A DNA stretch of 64,000 bases from Eledone cirrhosa. Lineage: Eukaryota. Numbering within the stretch: the stretch's first letter is position 1; the number at the start of each line of letters is the position of its first letter. Positions 30,450 to 44,440 of this stretch are shown here, piece by piece. The position numbers and the translations under genes are program-made. Under the pieces are notes generated by a model. That model saw only the letters and a list, made by a program, of their open reading frames with translations, searched no databases and was not told the origin of the DNA. The stretch is taken from the NCBI GenBank assembly GCA_964016885.1, contig CAXHJY010001252.1, positions 6,574-70,573 of the forward strand. The letters run 5' to 3'.

Positions 30450-31066
30450 TATATATATATATATATTATATATTATATATATATATATATATTATATATT
30501 ATATATATATATATTATATATTATATATATATATATTCTATATTATATATATATATTATATATATATATTATATATTATATATATATATATTATATATAT
30601 ATATATTATATATATATATATATATTATATATTATATATATATATTATATATTATATATATATATATTATATATTATATATATATATATTATATATATAT
30701 ATATTATAAATTATATATATATATATTATATATATATATATATTATATATATATATATATTATATATATATATATTATATATTATATATATATATATATA
30801 TTATATTATATATATATATTATATATTATATATTATATATATATATATATTATATATATATATATTATATATTATATATATATATTATATATATATATTA
30901 TATATATATATATTATATATTATATATATATATTATATATATATATATATATTATATATATATATATTATATATATATATATATATTATATATTATATAT
31001 ATATATATTATATATATATATTATATATTATATATATATATATTATATATATATATATATATATTA

Positions 31067-31097
<31 letters not shown>

Positions 31098-31149
31098 ATA
31101 TATATATTATTTATTATATATATATATTATATATATATATATATCTATA

Positions 31150-31262
31150 ATATAGAAATGGCTTCTACAGGACTAGAACTGTTTCATTCCAAAGAAATCA
31201 TTGAGTACCTTACTTACTGTGGTTACCCCCCGATTGAACCCGGGACACACACACACTCACAC
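31150..31262. mobile_element. Rearranged copy of the 63690-63862 family (ribozyme half inverted, tail direct)
   Basis: caggactagaactgtttcattc is the reverse complement of gaatgaaacagttctagtcct; tail attgagtacctt...gttacccccgattgaaccc is shared. Confidence 0.7.
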
Positions 31263-31441
31263 ACAGACGCAATATTTTATTACGTCAAGCATTGGATTGA
31301 GCATGGGACTATGTAGTCAGCAGATGTAGACAGTTATTGTACCGAAACACATGTTAAGGAATCAACTCTCAATAAATTCCTCCTTCCGACCAATTCTTCC
31401 TGTCTAGTTATTCCTGTTTTTCCTGGTACCGTACTTATTAT

Positions 31442-31496
<55 letters not shown>

Positions 31497-31497
<1 letters not shown>

Positions 31498-31700
31498 ACA
31501 AAGGAATTCTGGTAAGGAACCAGATGGACCATAACGCACCAGAGTACTCAATACTTAGGGTAGTAGAGTGGGAAATAGGTAAAAGTATGACCCCGACGGC
31601 ACAGCTCAAGCCGTTTCGACGGCTATTTCTGGACTCAGAGTCCAGAAATAGCCGTCGAAACGACTTTAGCTCTGCCGTCGGGGTCATACCTTTTCCTATA
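31497..31700 (-). mobile_element. Family H copy
   Basis: Hairpin 31575-31700 plus tail. Confidence 0.85.
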
Positions 31701-31702
31701 TC

Positions 31703-31767
<65 letters not shown>

Positions 31768-32374
31768 AATGATGCATACACATTTGCACGCACGCGCACA
31801 CACACATACTTATATATAGAATGTACGTGAGGATGTACGCAAAAGTATAAGAGCGATTTAATTACAAATATAGGAAACTAATATAGGTGCGGGTGCATAT
31901 GTATGGTTATATATGAGTCAGTGAAAGAGTGTATAAATAGGAGAGGAGGCGTGTGTGTATATGGGAAGCTTATCTGTTCCGTTGTATTGATATATATACA
32001 GTGTTTTTATTTGTGTGATGTCGATGGCAGAATTGTATGTTATTTAAATCGTACAAGATATCGTGTTTGTATACAACACACATACTTTGTGTCAGGCATT
32101 ATACTGTGTCTTATTGATACTTGTATCTGTAGAAAGTTACAACTCTCACCCCTCTCTGTTCTGGATTGTATTTAGTATGTGTACACATCAAAGTATGCAC
32201 ACGTGTGCGTGTTTGTTATTTCTGCTCTATCTAGGCATCATATGTGTGGTCTTTGATATTTGTAGGCAACAACATATATCTTTCTCATTCTATCTTCTGA
32301 TAAATGACTAACGTCCGAAAAGTTATGGGACTTTTCTACTATTACTCAATAACTCTATTAGTCAAGTTAGTGAA

Positions 32375-32818
32375 AACGCATGGCTTAGTTGTTAGAGCTT
32401 ATAATTGTGAGGTTGTGAGTTTGATTATTGGACCGGGTTCTGCGTTGTGTCCTTGAGCAAGACACTTTATTTCATGTTGCTCGAGCCAGTTCACTCAGCT
32501 GTAGAAATGAGTTGCGACGTCATTTGTGCCAAGCTGTATCGGTCATTACCTTTTCATTAGATAACATATATAGTGTATATATAGTATATGAAGTGTATAT
32601 ATAGAATGGTTATATATGTTGTCACATCCCTTATGGCAAGCTGTATCGGCCATTGCCTTTCCCTTGGACAACATCTGTGAATGAAGAGGGGAGACTGGTA
32701 TACATGGGCGACTGCTGGTCTTCCACAAACAACCTTGCCAGGTCTTGTGCCCCGCAAGAGAACTTCTAGGTGCAACTCCCATAGTCATTCGTGACCGAAG
32801 GAGGTCTTTACCCTTACT
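32375..32818 (+). mobile_element. SINE family 2, long copy with a (TA)-rich interruption
   Basis: tggcttagttgttaga...tgtgtccttgagcaagacactttatttca...cagctgtagaaatgagttgcgac...gtgaccgaaggaggtctttacccttac. Confidence 0.8.
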
Positions 32819-32824
32819 TTATTA

Positions 32825-33230
32825 CGTGTTCTCCCCAACAGGCTGAGGCCATGCTGGGGCACCGCCCTTAATGCTACACTCTCTACAATATCGTGTTCTC
32901 CCCGACAGGCTGAGGCCATGCTGGGACACCGCCCTTAATGCTACACTCTCTACAATATCGTGTTTCCCCCGACAGGCTGAGGCCATACTGGGGCACCTCC
33001 CTTAATGCTACACTCTCTACAATATCGTGTTCCACTCGACATACTGAGGCCATGCTGGGGCACCGCCATTTATTCTACACTCTCTACACCATCGTGTTCC
33101 ACTCGACATACTGAGGCCATGCTGGGGCACCGCCATTAATTCTACACTCTCTACACCATCGTGTTCCACCCGTCAAACTGAGGCCATACTGGGGCACCGC
33201 CATTAAAGCTACACTCTCTGCAATATCGTC
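32825..33230. repeat. Minisatellite, 67-bp unit x6, containing a SINE 3'-end-like motif
   Basis: cgtgttctcccc.acaggctgaggccatgctggggcaccgcccttaatgctacactctctacaatat. Confidence 0.9.
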
Positions 33231-33248
33231 ATTATACAGCTCTGGGGG

Positions 33249-33390
33249 TAAATCCCGCCGAGGTTAACTTTGCCTTTCATCCTTACGGGGTCGATAAAAT
33301 AAAGTACCAGTAATGCACTGGATTTGATATAATCGACTTTTCCCTCTTCCTTCAAATTATTAACCTTGTGACATTGTTAAAAAGAATTAT
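33249..33390 (+). mobile_element. SINE family 1, 5'-truncated with a variant 3' end
   Basis: aaatcccgccgaggttaactttgcctttcatcc core. Confidence 0.75.
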
Positions 33391-33559
33391 CATCACAATC
33401 ACCATCATCGTCACCTCCCCCCCCCCATGTCCCCCTCCTTCCTACCTCCCCCTCCTCCTCCTCATTATCATCTTCATCACCATCGCTGTCATCACCATCA
33501 TCGTCTTCATCATCAACACCAACTCCATCATCATCATCATCGCCATCAACACCATCAAC

Positions 33560-35073
33560 GACTCCACCCCCCCTACACTACCACCAACATCACTCACACT
33601 ACCACCACCACTACCACCACCCACACCACCACTCACACTACCACTCACACTACCACTCACACTACCACCACTACCACCACCCACACCACCACCCACATCA
33701 CCACTCACACTACCACCTACACTACCACCAACATCACCCACACTACCACCACCCACACCACCACCTACACTACCACCACCTCTACCACCACCCACACCAC
33801 CACCTACACTACCACCAACACTACCACCACTACCACCACCCACACCACCACCCACATCACTCACACTACCACCTACATTACCACCACTACCACCACCCAC
33901 ATCACCACTCACACTACCACCTACACTACCACCAACACCACCCACTCTACCACCACCACTACCACCACCACCACTACCACCACCCACATCACCACTCACT
34001 CTACCACCCACACTACCACCAACACCACCCACAATACCACCACCACTACCACCACCCACATCACCACTCACACTACCACCCACACTACCACCAACACCAC
34101 CCACACTATGACCACCACTACCACCACCCCCACCCCCACCCACGTCACCACTCACACTACCACCCACACTACCATCATCGCCATCCTCAATACTTCAGCC
34201 TCTACTACAATATCAGCCATGGGCTTCCTGGTTTTAATTACCGTCTGGAACCTCCTGGGACGCCAATGTGGAGCCAGACGAAGGATCATTTCATCATTGG
34301 AAAACCATGTACAACAACAACAACAACACCAACACCAACAACATCGCCTCCACCAACAACACCAACATAAACAACACCTAGAACACCAACACAACACCAA
34401 CACCACCAACAGCAACACCACCAACAACACCAACAACAACACTAACATCAACACCAACACCAACAACAACAAAAACAACAACACCAACACCACCAACACC
34501 AACAACAACACCTACAACACCACCACCACCACCACCAACAACAACACCAATAACAACACCACCACCTCCACCAACACCAACAACACCACCAACAAGATCA
34601 CGACCAACAACAACACCACCACCAACAACACCAACACCGACAACAACCAAAACAACAACACCAACACCATTAACAACACCAACAACACCAACAACAACAC
34701 CTACACCACCACCACCAACAACACCAATAACAACACCACCACCACCTACAACACCACCAACATCACCATCAACAACACCACCACCACCAACAACAACAAA
34801 TACACCAACACCAACAACACCACCAACAACACCACGAACACCACGAACACCAACAACACCACCACCGCCAACACTACTACTACTCCTACTACAACTATTA
34901 CTGCTGCTGCTGCTGCTGCTACTACTGCTGCTATTACTGGTACTACTACTACTATTACTACAACTATTACTACTACTACTACTACAGCTGCTGCTGCTAC
35001 TACTACTACTACTACTACTATACTACACAACAACATCAACAACAACAGAAAAATTAATTATTACGGTTATTAC

Positions 35074-35118
<45 letters not shown>

Positions 35119-35125
35119 CATTATT
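33560..35125. repeat. CAC/CAA/TAC/TAT trinucleotide-type low-complexity region
   Basis: Direct inspection; contains one ~110-bp unique island at 34199-34308. Confidence 0.9.
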
Positions 35126-35542
35126 AATATTGTGGGAAGAAGAAGAAAAGAGCCTAGAATGGTGATGACGGCCTGGCTGACTGGCTGCACGGTTTATAGC
35201 AATGAGTGATTTCTGAAAGATGGTGAAGACCAGAGGCGCCATCTATGATAATGTGTCATGGCCGACTAGAGTAGGAAGCTGGGAGGGGAAGTAAATATGA
35301 TAGTTGATGTTTGCTGGGTGGAGGAGATATTTTAATGGGGGAGTAGGGTGTCGGAGTGAAGTAGCGTAGGGGGCGACACTGTACTTGTTTTAATGCACTG
35401 GCATGTTTTGTTTATTACTGTGTGGGAGAAGGGGGAGGTAAGGAGGTGTAAAATGGGAACTGCAATGTGTATGTGTATTAATGAATATATGTATATATAT
35501 ATATATACATAAATAAATGTGTATATAGATATACATAAATAA

Positions 35543-35601
<59 letters not shown>

Positions 35602-35803
35602 TGTATATATGATATATATATATATATATATATAAATATGTATATATATATATATAAATAAATATGTATATATGATATATATGTATATAAATATGTATAT
35701 ATATATATATAAATAAATATGATATATATGTATATATATGTATATATATATATAAATAAATATGTATATATGATATATATGTATATATATATAAATAAAT
35801 ATG

Positions 35804-35860
<57 letters not shown>

Positions 35861-36044
35861 ACTGTGTGTGTCTATATGTATACATCTATGTGTGTGAGTA
35901 TGTCTATGTTTGATAGACTTGCAATTGTTGTTCCATAATTAATATTTGACAAATTAGATTTGAAATCAATTTCTTTTTCTCTATTAACTGACATTTCAAC
36001 TTCCTATATTTACATATACGCCCCCCCCCCCCTCTCTCTCCATA

Positions 36045-36101
<57 letters not shown>

Positions 36102-36344
36102 TTGGGAGAAACAAGAAGCTGTGTGGTTACTTGATAAAATGTATTTAGAAATAAAAGGAAAGCACAAACGGGGTACAATCCCTTCATCAGTTGTCTTTTG
36201 AATGTCACGGACATTTCAACGCATTAAAGATAATATGTCTAACTCCAGTGCGTCAATAACTTGTGGTAGTTATTGGGGTGGGGGGAGGGGGAGGAGAAAA
36301 AATGAAACAGAATGGGAAAAAATGATATATATATATATATATAT

Positions 36345-37425
36345 AGTGATAGAACACTGGAAGGTAATATCCGTAGTGGTAGAGCACTCAGTCCATGGGA
36401 CGGGTTAGGTAGAAGTGGTCACACAACAGTTAGTTCACCATACCGAGAACAATTGTTTCACCATAGCGGATCCTCAGCTCGTAATGGACATGGTTATACG
36501 GAACAGGAAGGACAACCGTACGAACGCGCATGCGCAGAAACCGGTCACTTCAGACAGGCAATATTAAAATGCGTGTTAAAGGTGTAAGAGAGATAACTGC
36601 GAAAGTCCGAAAAGTTTCTAGTTGATAAGAAAATTATGATGTTGTAATTCAATCCGAAGCTTTGTAGTTATGCAAGAGGTGTTTTGAGACGTGTGGACAA
36701 CGTGTGAAGAATTCATTTCTCGTGTTTAGGCAATCACTATTGCATAATCTCTTTAGAATATTTATTCGTTCATCAATATATAGTCCACTCGACGGACTTC
36801 CCCTTGCGGATGGCTTGGACTTAGTGATGCCTTTCCATTGAATGGAATAGTCTATACTTGAGTCCTTGAGAGACCATACGTGGCTCGCGAGTTTCGTGGA
36901 TGAACGTCTGTCCGGGTACCTAAAGGTCGACTGGTGGTTCAGTAAACATTCCTTAAATCGGGCCTCCGCCATATCCAAATGGTGGTTGATTAGTTCGGTT
37001 GGAAGTGACCAAAGCTTCATAAATTACAGCGGGTGTGTTGCATTGCTGTTGAAGGGGACAAGCTTCGGGCTTACGGCAAGAGCACCCTAGTGGGGTGTTG
37101 CTCCTAGGGCTGCTGGTGATGTGGGCCTTCATGTTCTTAGCGCAGGAGTATCCTAGTTTTACTTTGTGTCGGTTAAAGATGGAGCGGTATTTATGACCTA
37201 TGAGAAAGTGTCTATCTAAGAGGGCTAGAAATTGTTTGCCTACATTGGTTTTAACGTTGAGTGAGAAGAGAGGAGAGAACCAGATAGTTTGTCTATTGTT
37301 ATGATTTCTTTTCTTATTGTTGTTGTTGTTAGTGGGAGAGTAAGTGATAGGTATCGAGAAGCCGCTGTTAGCTAACGCCGTGTTATAGTAGGGTGCCGCA
37401 CTGTCAAAGATAGCCTAATAGGAAA
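36345..37425 (-). pseudogene. Penelope-like element 3' portion: RT C-terminus, GIY-YIG and 3' pLTR with hammerhead (36444-36481)
   Basis: FDSAAPYYNTALANSGF...IWFSPLFSLNVKTNVGKQFL...IFNRHKVKLGYSC; FKECLLNHQSTF...TKLASHVWSLK...LNTRNEFFTRCPH; cgag-CTGAGGA-tccgctatggt-GAAAC-aatt-GTT-ctcg. Confidence 0.9.
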
Positions 37426-37616
37426 ATGTTCAAGACCACGACGGCAGAGCTCGAGCCGTTTCGACAGCTATTTCTGGATTCCAGAAATAGCCGTCGAAAC
37501 GGCTCGAGCTCTGCCGTCGGGGTCTTGAACATTTTCCTATTACCCATTCTACTACCCTAAGTATTGAGTACTCTGGTGCGTTATGGTCCACCTGCTTCCT
37601 TACCACACTTCTTTCG

Positions 37617-37617
<1 letters not shown>
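37418..37617 (+). mobile_element. Family H copy fused directly to the Penelope RT fragment
   Basis: Palindrome taggaaaatgttcaagacc...ggtcttgaacattttccta plus tail. Confidence 0.85.
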
Positions 37618-37662
<45 letters not shown>

Positions 37663-37665
<3 letters not shown>

Positions 37666-38957
37666 TACAAAAGAAACGGAAACAACAAAACAAAACATCC
37701 GCAGGGCCATACGGACGGAGGGACTTGACATACATTTGGCCCACACAGGACCTTCGCTGCGAAGATGCCTCTCCAACAAACCCGACGAGTCAGGTGGGAC
37801 GTGTTCCCTCAGCAACTGCCCGATACGGGGGGTAGATTGCCTACGCACCTATGTCGTATATAAGATTCAATGCGATAAATGTAACAAGTTTTACATAGGT
37901 AGCACCATCCGACCCCTACATGTTCGTATCAAGGAACATATCAACACCAACGCATCTTCCTTCCGTAAACACATCCTTAAATGCGGAAACCCACAGGGTA
38001 GACCCTTGGTCACAGTCCTAGCGACTGAACGCAGCATCGGATCCTTAAGGATAAAGGAAGCACTTGTTATTAAGAACCTCAGACCCCCACTTAACAACCG
38101 GGCTGACATGGCTAACTTAACCATAGTGACTATTCACAGCCCTTACGGCCTGCTTTTTTCACACACACGCACGTATATGCATACCCATACGCATACACAC
38201 ACACATCTATATTTATACACGCACACATGTTTTTACAACCTACCACCTTTCACACCCTTTGATTTCCAGCTTCTACAGCCCACTATCTTTCACACACACA
38301 CGCACTCACACATATACACACACAGTTACACACACATGTATACCCATACGCTTACACACACACATCTATATTTATACACGCACACATGTTTTACAACCTA
38401 CCACCTTTCACACCCTTTGATTTCCAGCTTCTACAGCCCACTATCTTTCACACACACACACACTCACATATATACACACTTACACATATACACACACAGT
38501 TACACACACATATATATTTACACACACATATCTTACGGCTTTCACACGCTAGCGCACCCTCTTGATTTAACCCATTTGGTCAGTAGCTTTTGCCACAGCC
38601 TATCACGCGCACGCGCATTCTTTCCCTCATTTAAATTTTAAATAATTTTTTTTTCTCCCCATAACGGCATTCCTGTTTTAACGACATCACAACTTTCTCC
38701 GCTTAGCCTGTTCCCCCCCTTTTGGAACTTTCCCCCGTTGATGGGCGTGAGCCCGAAATATTGGGATTAAATCTCCACTACGGTAACCCTTCTACCTTTG
38801 TTTTGTTTTCATCTTTGTCTCTCTCAATTTTCACTTTATCCTATTCTCCTATCTATCATTCACTTCCTACCTCGAGATTTCCCTCTGCATTGTTGTGGCT
38901 TTCTAAACTACGTATTTTACACATTTCACAATGCTTCAAGCAAACTTTAACACCCTC

Positions 38958-38958
<1 letters not shown>
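37663..38958 (+). pseudogene. Penelope-like element, 5'-truncated: GIY-YIG domain plus 3' UTR/pLTR
   Basis: CSLSNCPI...YVVYKIQCDKCNKFYIGSTIRPLHVRIKEH...LRIKEALVIKNLRPPLN; (TA)n at both ends. Confidence 0.9.
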
Positions 38959-39038
<80 letters not shown>

Positions 39039-39179
39039 AAAACAATATATATATATAAATTAATAAAAACAATGAATAAAAACAAAGAAACAGTTCCTTA
39101 TATTAAAAAATTCATCATTTTACGATCGTTTCTAGTATATATATATCTGTGTGTTGGTATGTATATCATATAGATCTAT

Positions 39180-40145
39180 GTAAAAACGCGTGCGTTGAAA
39201 TCTCCAAGTACGACAATTTTGTCTGCTGAAGGAATATTTTTGACAAGTTGCATCAAAGACCAGTAAAAGGTGAGTTTCTCGTCTTCATTGAAGTTCATAG
39301 TCGGGTCTTATACAATGACAATGGTAAGGTAGCTATTGTACATCAGAGGAATTCCCATTGACATGAGACGATCACTGATGCCACTTGGAAACTGGTCAGG
39401 TGTCGACACCAAAGACGTTTTCACTGCAAAAGCCACACCTGCCCCCCCCCCCTCACCATCCTGCTGCTCTGCCATTCCAGTAAAACGTGTAGCCGCTGGA
39501 CATCTCAGTGATATGACCTTCGAGTATCCATGTTTCAGATAAAGCAACAATATCCATATTGTATCGTCCCAGTTCTTTGACAACAAAAGCTGATCTTCTT
39601 TCTGGTCGTGATTCCGAAGACACCAAATATAATAAAGTCCGGATGTTCCAGCAACCAATATTCATAGGTTTCTTCTTCTTCTTCTTCTTCTTCTTCTTCT
39701 TCTTCTTCTTCTTCTTCTGCTCAGTGGCAGGATAACGACCGGGCCCATGCTGCGCCGGGCCAGACCAATCCACCATCAGTTCCAGAGCCCCCATTACCAT
39801 TAACTTGTACATCATCATGGTTCATCATTGAATATTGATGCCTCTTTTGGCTTCGACCAGCCACAATGCAACAAATAATTTGTTCAAATCGATCAGACGA
39901 TGCCTGAGCTGGAAATTTTTTTAAGTGAAGAAAAGCCTTGCACAGAACCAATCCCACTGTCTGAGCATGGAGAGCATGTACCGAAAAGTAGAACTGGTTA
40001 ACATCATCGGGTGCCCTCAACACAGCAGGTGTTTATTCGGTGTTTCTCTCTCCTAGAGAGGTGTTGTGACAACAGGTAAGGAGGCATCTCACTCCCAGCT
40101 GGCGATCTGGGCGCCAACCCAGGTATTTCCTGTCCCCGCGCGCAC
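39180..40145 (-). pseudogene. RTE-clade LINE 5' end: 5' UTR, (GAA)n tract and AP-endonuclease domain
   Basis: MNIGCWNIRTL...ERRSAFVVKELGRYNMDIVALSET...GYTFYWNG / GVAFAVK...ISDRLMS...IVVLGDFNARV with frameshifts and a stop. Confidence 0.9.
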
Positions 40146-40337
40146 GGGAACACACCGTAAAAATATAAAAATGTATATGCAAAAGCACACTCTTGTACAT
40201 CCGAGGATATATAAGAGAGACGAAAGATTTAAAGATTTAAAAAGTTAAAAGAATTAAATATATATATATATATAAATATATGTGTGTATAAATATATAAA
40301 TATATGTGTGTATAATTATATATATATATGTGTGTGT

Positions 40338-40393
<56 letters not shown>

Positions 40394-40450
40394 CGAAGGA
40401 GATATGGTAAGGAACCAGATGGACCATAACGCACCAGGGTCAAACATTTT

Positions 40451-40526
<76 letters not shown>

Positions 40527-40604
40527 TGTATATATGTATGTATATATATATATGTATGTATATATATATATGTATGTATATATATGTATATATATGTATG
40601 TATG

Positions 40605-40643
<39 letters not shown>

Positions 40644-40981
40644 ATAATTGGAAATCAGTATAATCGAATCTCTGGCGGTTTGCAAGTGAATTCGGCCTAC
40701 TTATATGAAATGATGAGTTAGCAAAGCACTCGATATGGTAGGTCCTTAGAGTAATAACATACGTTTAAAAAGCTTGATGAATCGAACATTGTGGTAGGCT
40801 AAACTAACACACAATATGTATACCAGAGCAACGATAGCACTAATCAGGTTGAGAAATGTATATATATATATATGTATGTATAAATATGATAATAATGGAG
40901 CTGCGGCGTTGCAAATGGGTTACATATGAAACAGTTTGTCCTTCATCAGTGGTCTTCCAACCGTCATAGGCATTTCATCGC

Positions 40982-41015
<34 letters not shown>

Positions 41016-41062
41016 TGTATGTATGTATGTATGTATGTATGTATGTATGAATATATATATAT

Positions 41063-41727
41063 GCTCTTTGACAGGTTTTGTTTTTAGTCCTGCAGGATGT
41101 CCAAAGTCACCCTCCTCACCAAGAAACCTTGGTGGGGTTGCCAGTTTAGTCACCAACGACCCGACCATGAGACAGGTTATACTGGGATACATGTTACCAG
41201 TAGCACCAACTGGTGACCTGACAATCGGATACATGTTACCAGTAGCACCAACTGGTGACCTGACATACATCAAAGAGCAAAGGAGCTCTTAAGATTCAAT
41301 GGCCATCCAAAATCACCGGGAGAGATGACCCCTTAGCCTTTGTCAAGGCAGAATTCTAGGAGAAGGAAAACTCTGATATAACACCTGCAACTCTGATGGT
41401 ATCCAATGATGTTGACTTGTTCTTCTTTTTGGTAAATATCATCTTGGTTAAGAGAGTGGGACTGGCTTTGTGCAGTGCCTTTGCTCACTATAAAAGCTTC
41501 ACGGCACAGGCATTGCTTTATATCTGGAGATCTCTCTGCACTTGTCCTCACATGGTACCATGGGCCCAGCACTATGTGTCAATAATTGTCACAGGTGTAG
41601 TGTTTGTACCAGAGTTTTCAAGTCGCTGGCTGGACTAAAAAGTCACACTCGTTCAGCGCATCGGTAGGGGGTTCTCCTACATGGATATAAAGTAGTGGCC
41701 GTACTCGAAAACGAGTTGGCAGCCACT
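41063..41727 (+). mobile_element. Bipartite RTE-derived element with an inverted, partly duplicated 5' segment
   Basis: 41063-41270 is the reverse complement of the element 5' end; 41270-41727 is direct. Confidence 0.85.
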
Positions 41728-42276
41728 ATATATATATATGTATGTATGTATGTATATATATATGTATGTATGTATATATATATATATGTATATTGTATGT
41801 ATGTATGTATATATATATATATATGTATATTGTATGTATGTATGTATATATATATATATATATATGTATATTGTATGTATGTATGTATGTATATATATAT
41901 GTATGTATATATATATATACACACACACATATATATATGCACATATATATATATGCGCGTGTGTGTGTGCATGTATATGTATATATATATATATATGTAT
42001 ATGTATGTATATATATATAGAGATTAGAGCAAACATCACGGGCGCTCTATCTCAAAATTATTTTTGAAAAGCATTAGAAATGCGCAACCGCTAAAAACTT
42101 AAAACTAAAACTGAATACTAACCAATACTATTACCAATTTTTACTTATTCCTAATTAAACTATTTTTCACTGGGAACAATTTGTCAGCATTTTCTTTTCC
42201 TTTTACCAATATATCACAACTCGTTTTTTACACCTCTGTTCTTTTAAATATATATATATGTGTGTATATATATATA

Positions 42277-42540
42277 TTGTTATACTTGGGGAGGGTCATA
42301 TTGTTATAATATTGCCAGAAATTATAACAGAACACACTCACTGTTTGGTTGGTTTTCGCTTCTGTATCTTTTATATCTCAATAGTTAATTTATTTGGCAA
42401 TCAACGTTTATCAATGATTGACCAACGGTTAAAAATACACATATAAATATATATATATAGTCTAACAAAGTTCTTTCGTTGCACATCTGCAACATCATCA
42501 GTGGTACTAATATCATGTTCCTGTCTATTGTATTGTAATA
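42277..42540. mobile_element. Family A copy with hammerhead motif (42457-42508, -)
   Basis: Homologous to 4330-4600. Confidence 0.75.
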
Positions 42541-42554
42541 TGTATATATGTATA

Positions 42555-42599
<45 letters not shown>

Positions 42600-42602
<3 letters not shown>

Positions 42603-42826
42603 CTTGAGCGACCAGTCTGATGCTGGTCACAGCAGGTCGTGTTGTTTTAGCCATTAGATAACGCCATCTCACTGGCTGGGCGGGCAGGTACACATTTCTA
42701 CAGCTGAGTAAACTGGAGCAACGTGAAATAAAGTGTCTTGCTCAAGGAAACAACACCTCACCCGGTCCGAGAATTGAACTCACAACCTTTCGATTGCAAG
42801 CCCAATGCTCTAACCACTAAGCCATG
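42600..42826 (-). mobile_element. SINE family 2
   Basis: gtgaaataaagtgtcttgctcaagg...attgaactcacaacc...taaccactaagccatgc. Confidence 0.8.
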
Positions 42827-42959
42827 CACATATATATATACATATATACATATATACATATATTTATATATACATATATACATATATTTATATATACATA
42901 TATACATATATATATATACATATATAAATATATGTATATATATATATACATATATATAC

Positions 42960-42994
<35 letters not shown>

Positions 42995-43094
42995 CATATA
43001 TATACATATATACATATATATACATATATATATATACATATATATATGTATATATATATACATACATATATATATATATACATATATATATATG

Positions 43095-43146
43095 TAAGTA
43101 TGTATGTATACGTACATACATATATGTATACAGACGTACAGTAGCA

Positions 43147-43188
<42 letters not shown>

Positions 43189-43753
43189 TATACACATATG
43201 CATACAGGTACACATACATATATGCATGCATCAGTTTAGCCGACGTTTATTATAACGCCTGCTTTGTTCGTTTGTTTGTCAACAAATCGAACAGCCTGAA
43301 TTTATGCCATACGGTGTTAAGGCAACCACGTCACCTTTTTGTTCAACACTGACACAGGAACGATGTACTAGTTTCAAGCTTGTTAGCCATCATCAGCACC
43401 GTTTACCCATCTGCCAGATAGTTGAACGGTATGCCTGACCGATTTAACTCACTCAATATGCAAATTAGGCTGCTCAGCCGTTAATTTTCATAAGGAAAGT
43501 ATATACTTTCGAACGTTCAACTATCTGGCAGATGGGTAAACGGTGCTGATGATAGCTAACAAGCTTGAAACTAGTACATCGTTCCTGTGTCAGTGTTGAA
43601 CAAAAAGGTGACGTGGTTGCCTTAACACCGTATGGCATAAATTCAGGCTGTTCGATTTGTTGACAAACAAACGAACAAAGCAGGCGTTATAATAAACGTC
43701 GGCTAAACTGATGCGTGCATATATGTATGTGTACCTGTATGCATATGTGTATA

Positions 43754-43819
<66 letters not shown>

Positions 43820-44275
43820 TATGCATGCTACTGTACGTCTGTATACATATATGTATGTACGTATACATACATACTTACATTTAAGTAAGTGCCATACTAA
43901 GAATGAGAAATGAAATTTCGTTTTCATTTTTTTTCAGCTTATCGTTTTCGGTATGCCTGACCGATTTAACTCACTCAATATGCAAATTAGGCTGCTCAGC
44001 CGTTAATTTTCATAAGGAAAGTATATACTTTCGAACGTTCAACTATCTGGCAGATGGGTAAACGGTGCTGATGATAGCTAACAAGCTTGAAACTAGTACA
44101 TCGTTCCTGTGTCAGTGTTGAACAAAAAGGTGACGTGGTTGCCTTAACACCGTATGGCATAAATTCAGGCTGTTCGATTTGTTGACAAACAAACGAACAA
44201 AGCAGGCGTTATAATAAACGTCGGCTAAACTGACGCGTGCATATATGTATGTGTACCTGTATGCATATGTGTATA

Positions 44276-44327
<52 letters not shown>

Positions 44328-44440
44328 TGCTACTGTACGTCTGTATAGATATATGTATGTACGTATACATACATACTTACATTTAAGTAAGTGCCATACT
44401 AAGAGTGAGAAATGAAATTTCGTTTTCATTTTTTTTTCAA

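Noticed and set aside
38730-38768. Hammerhead in the 3' end of the 37663-38958 Penelope element
   Set aside because: The ggc-gtga-gcc stem and GAAA are present but the core reads ttgatgg; at most a decayed motif, so not counted
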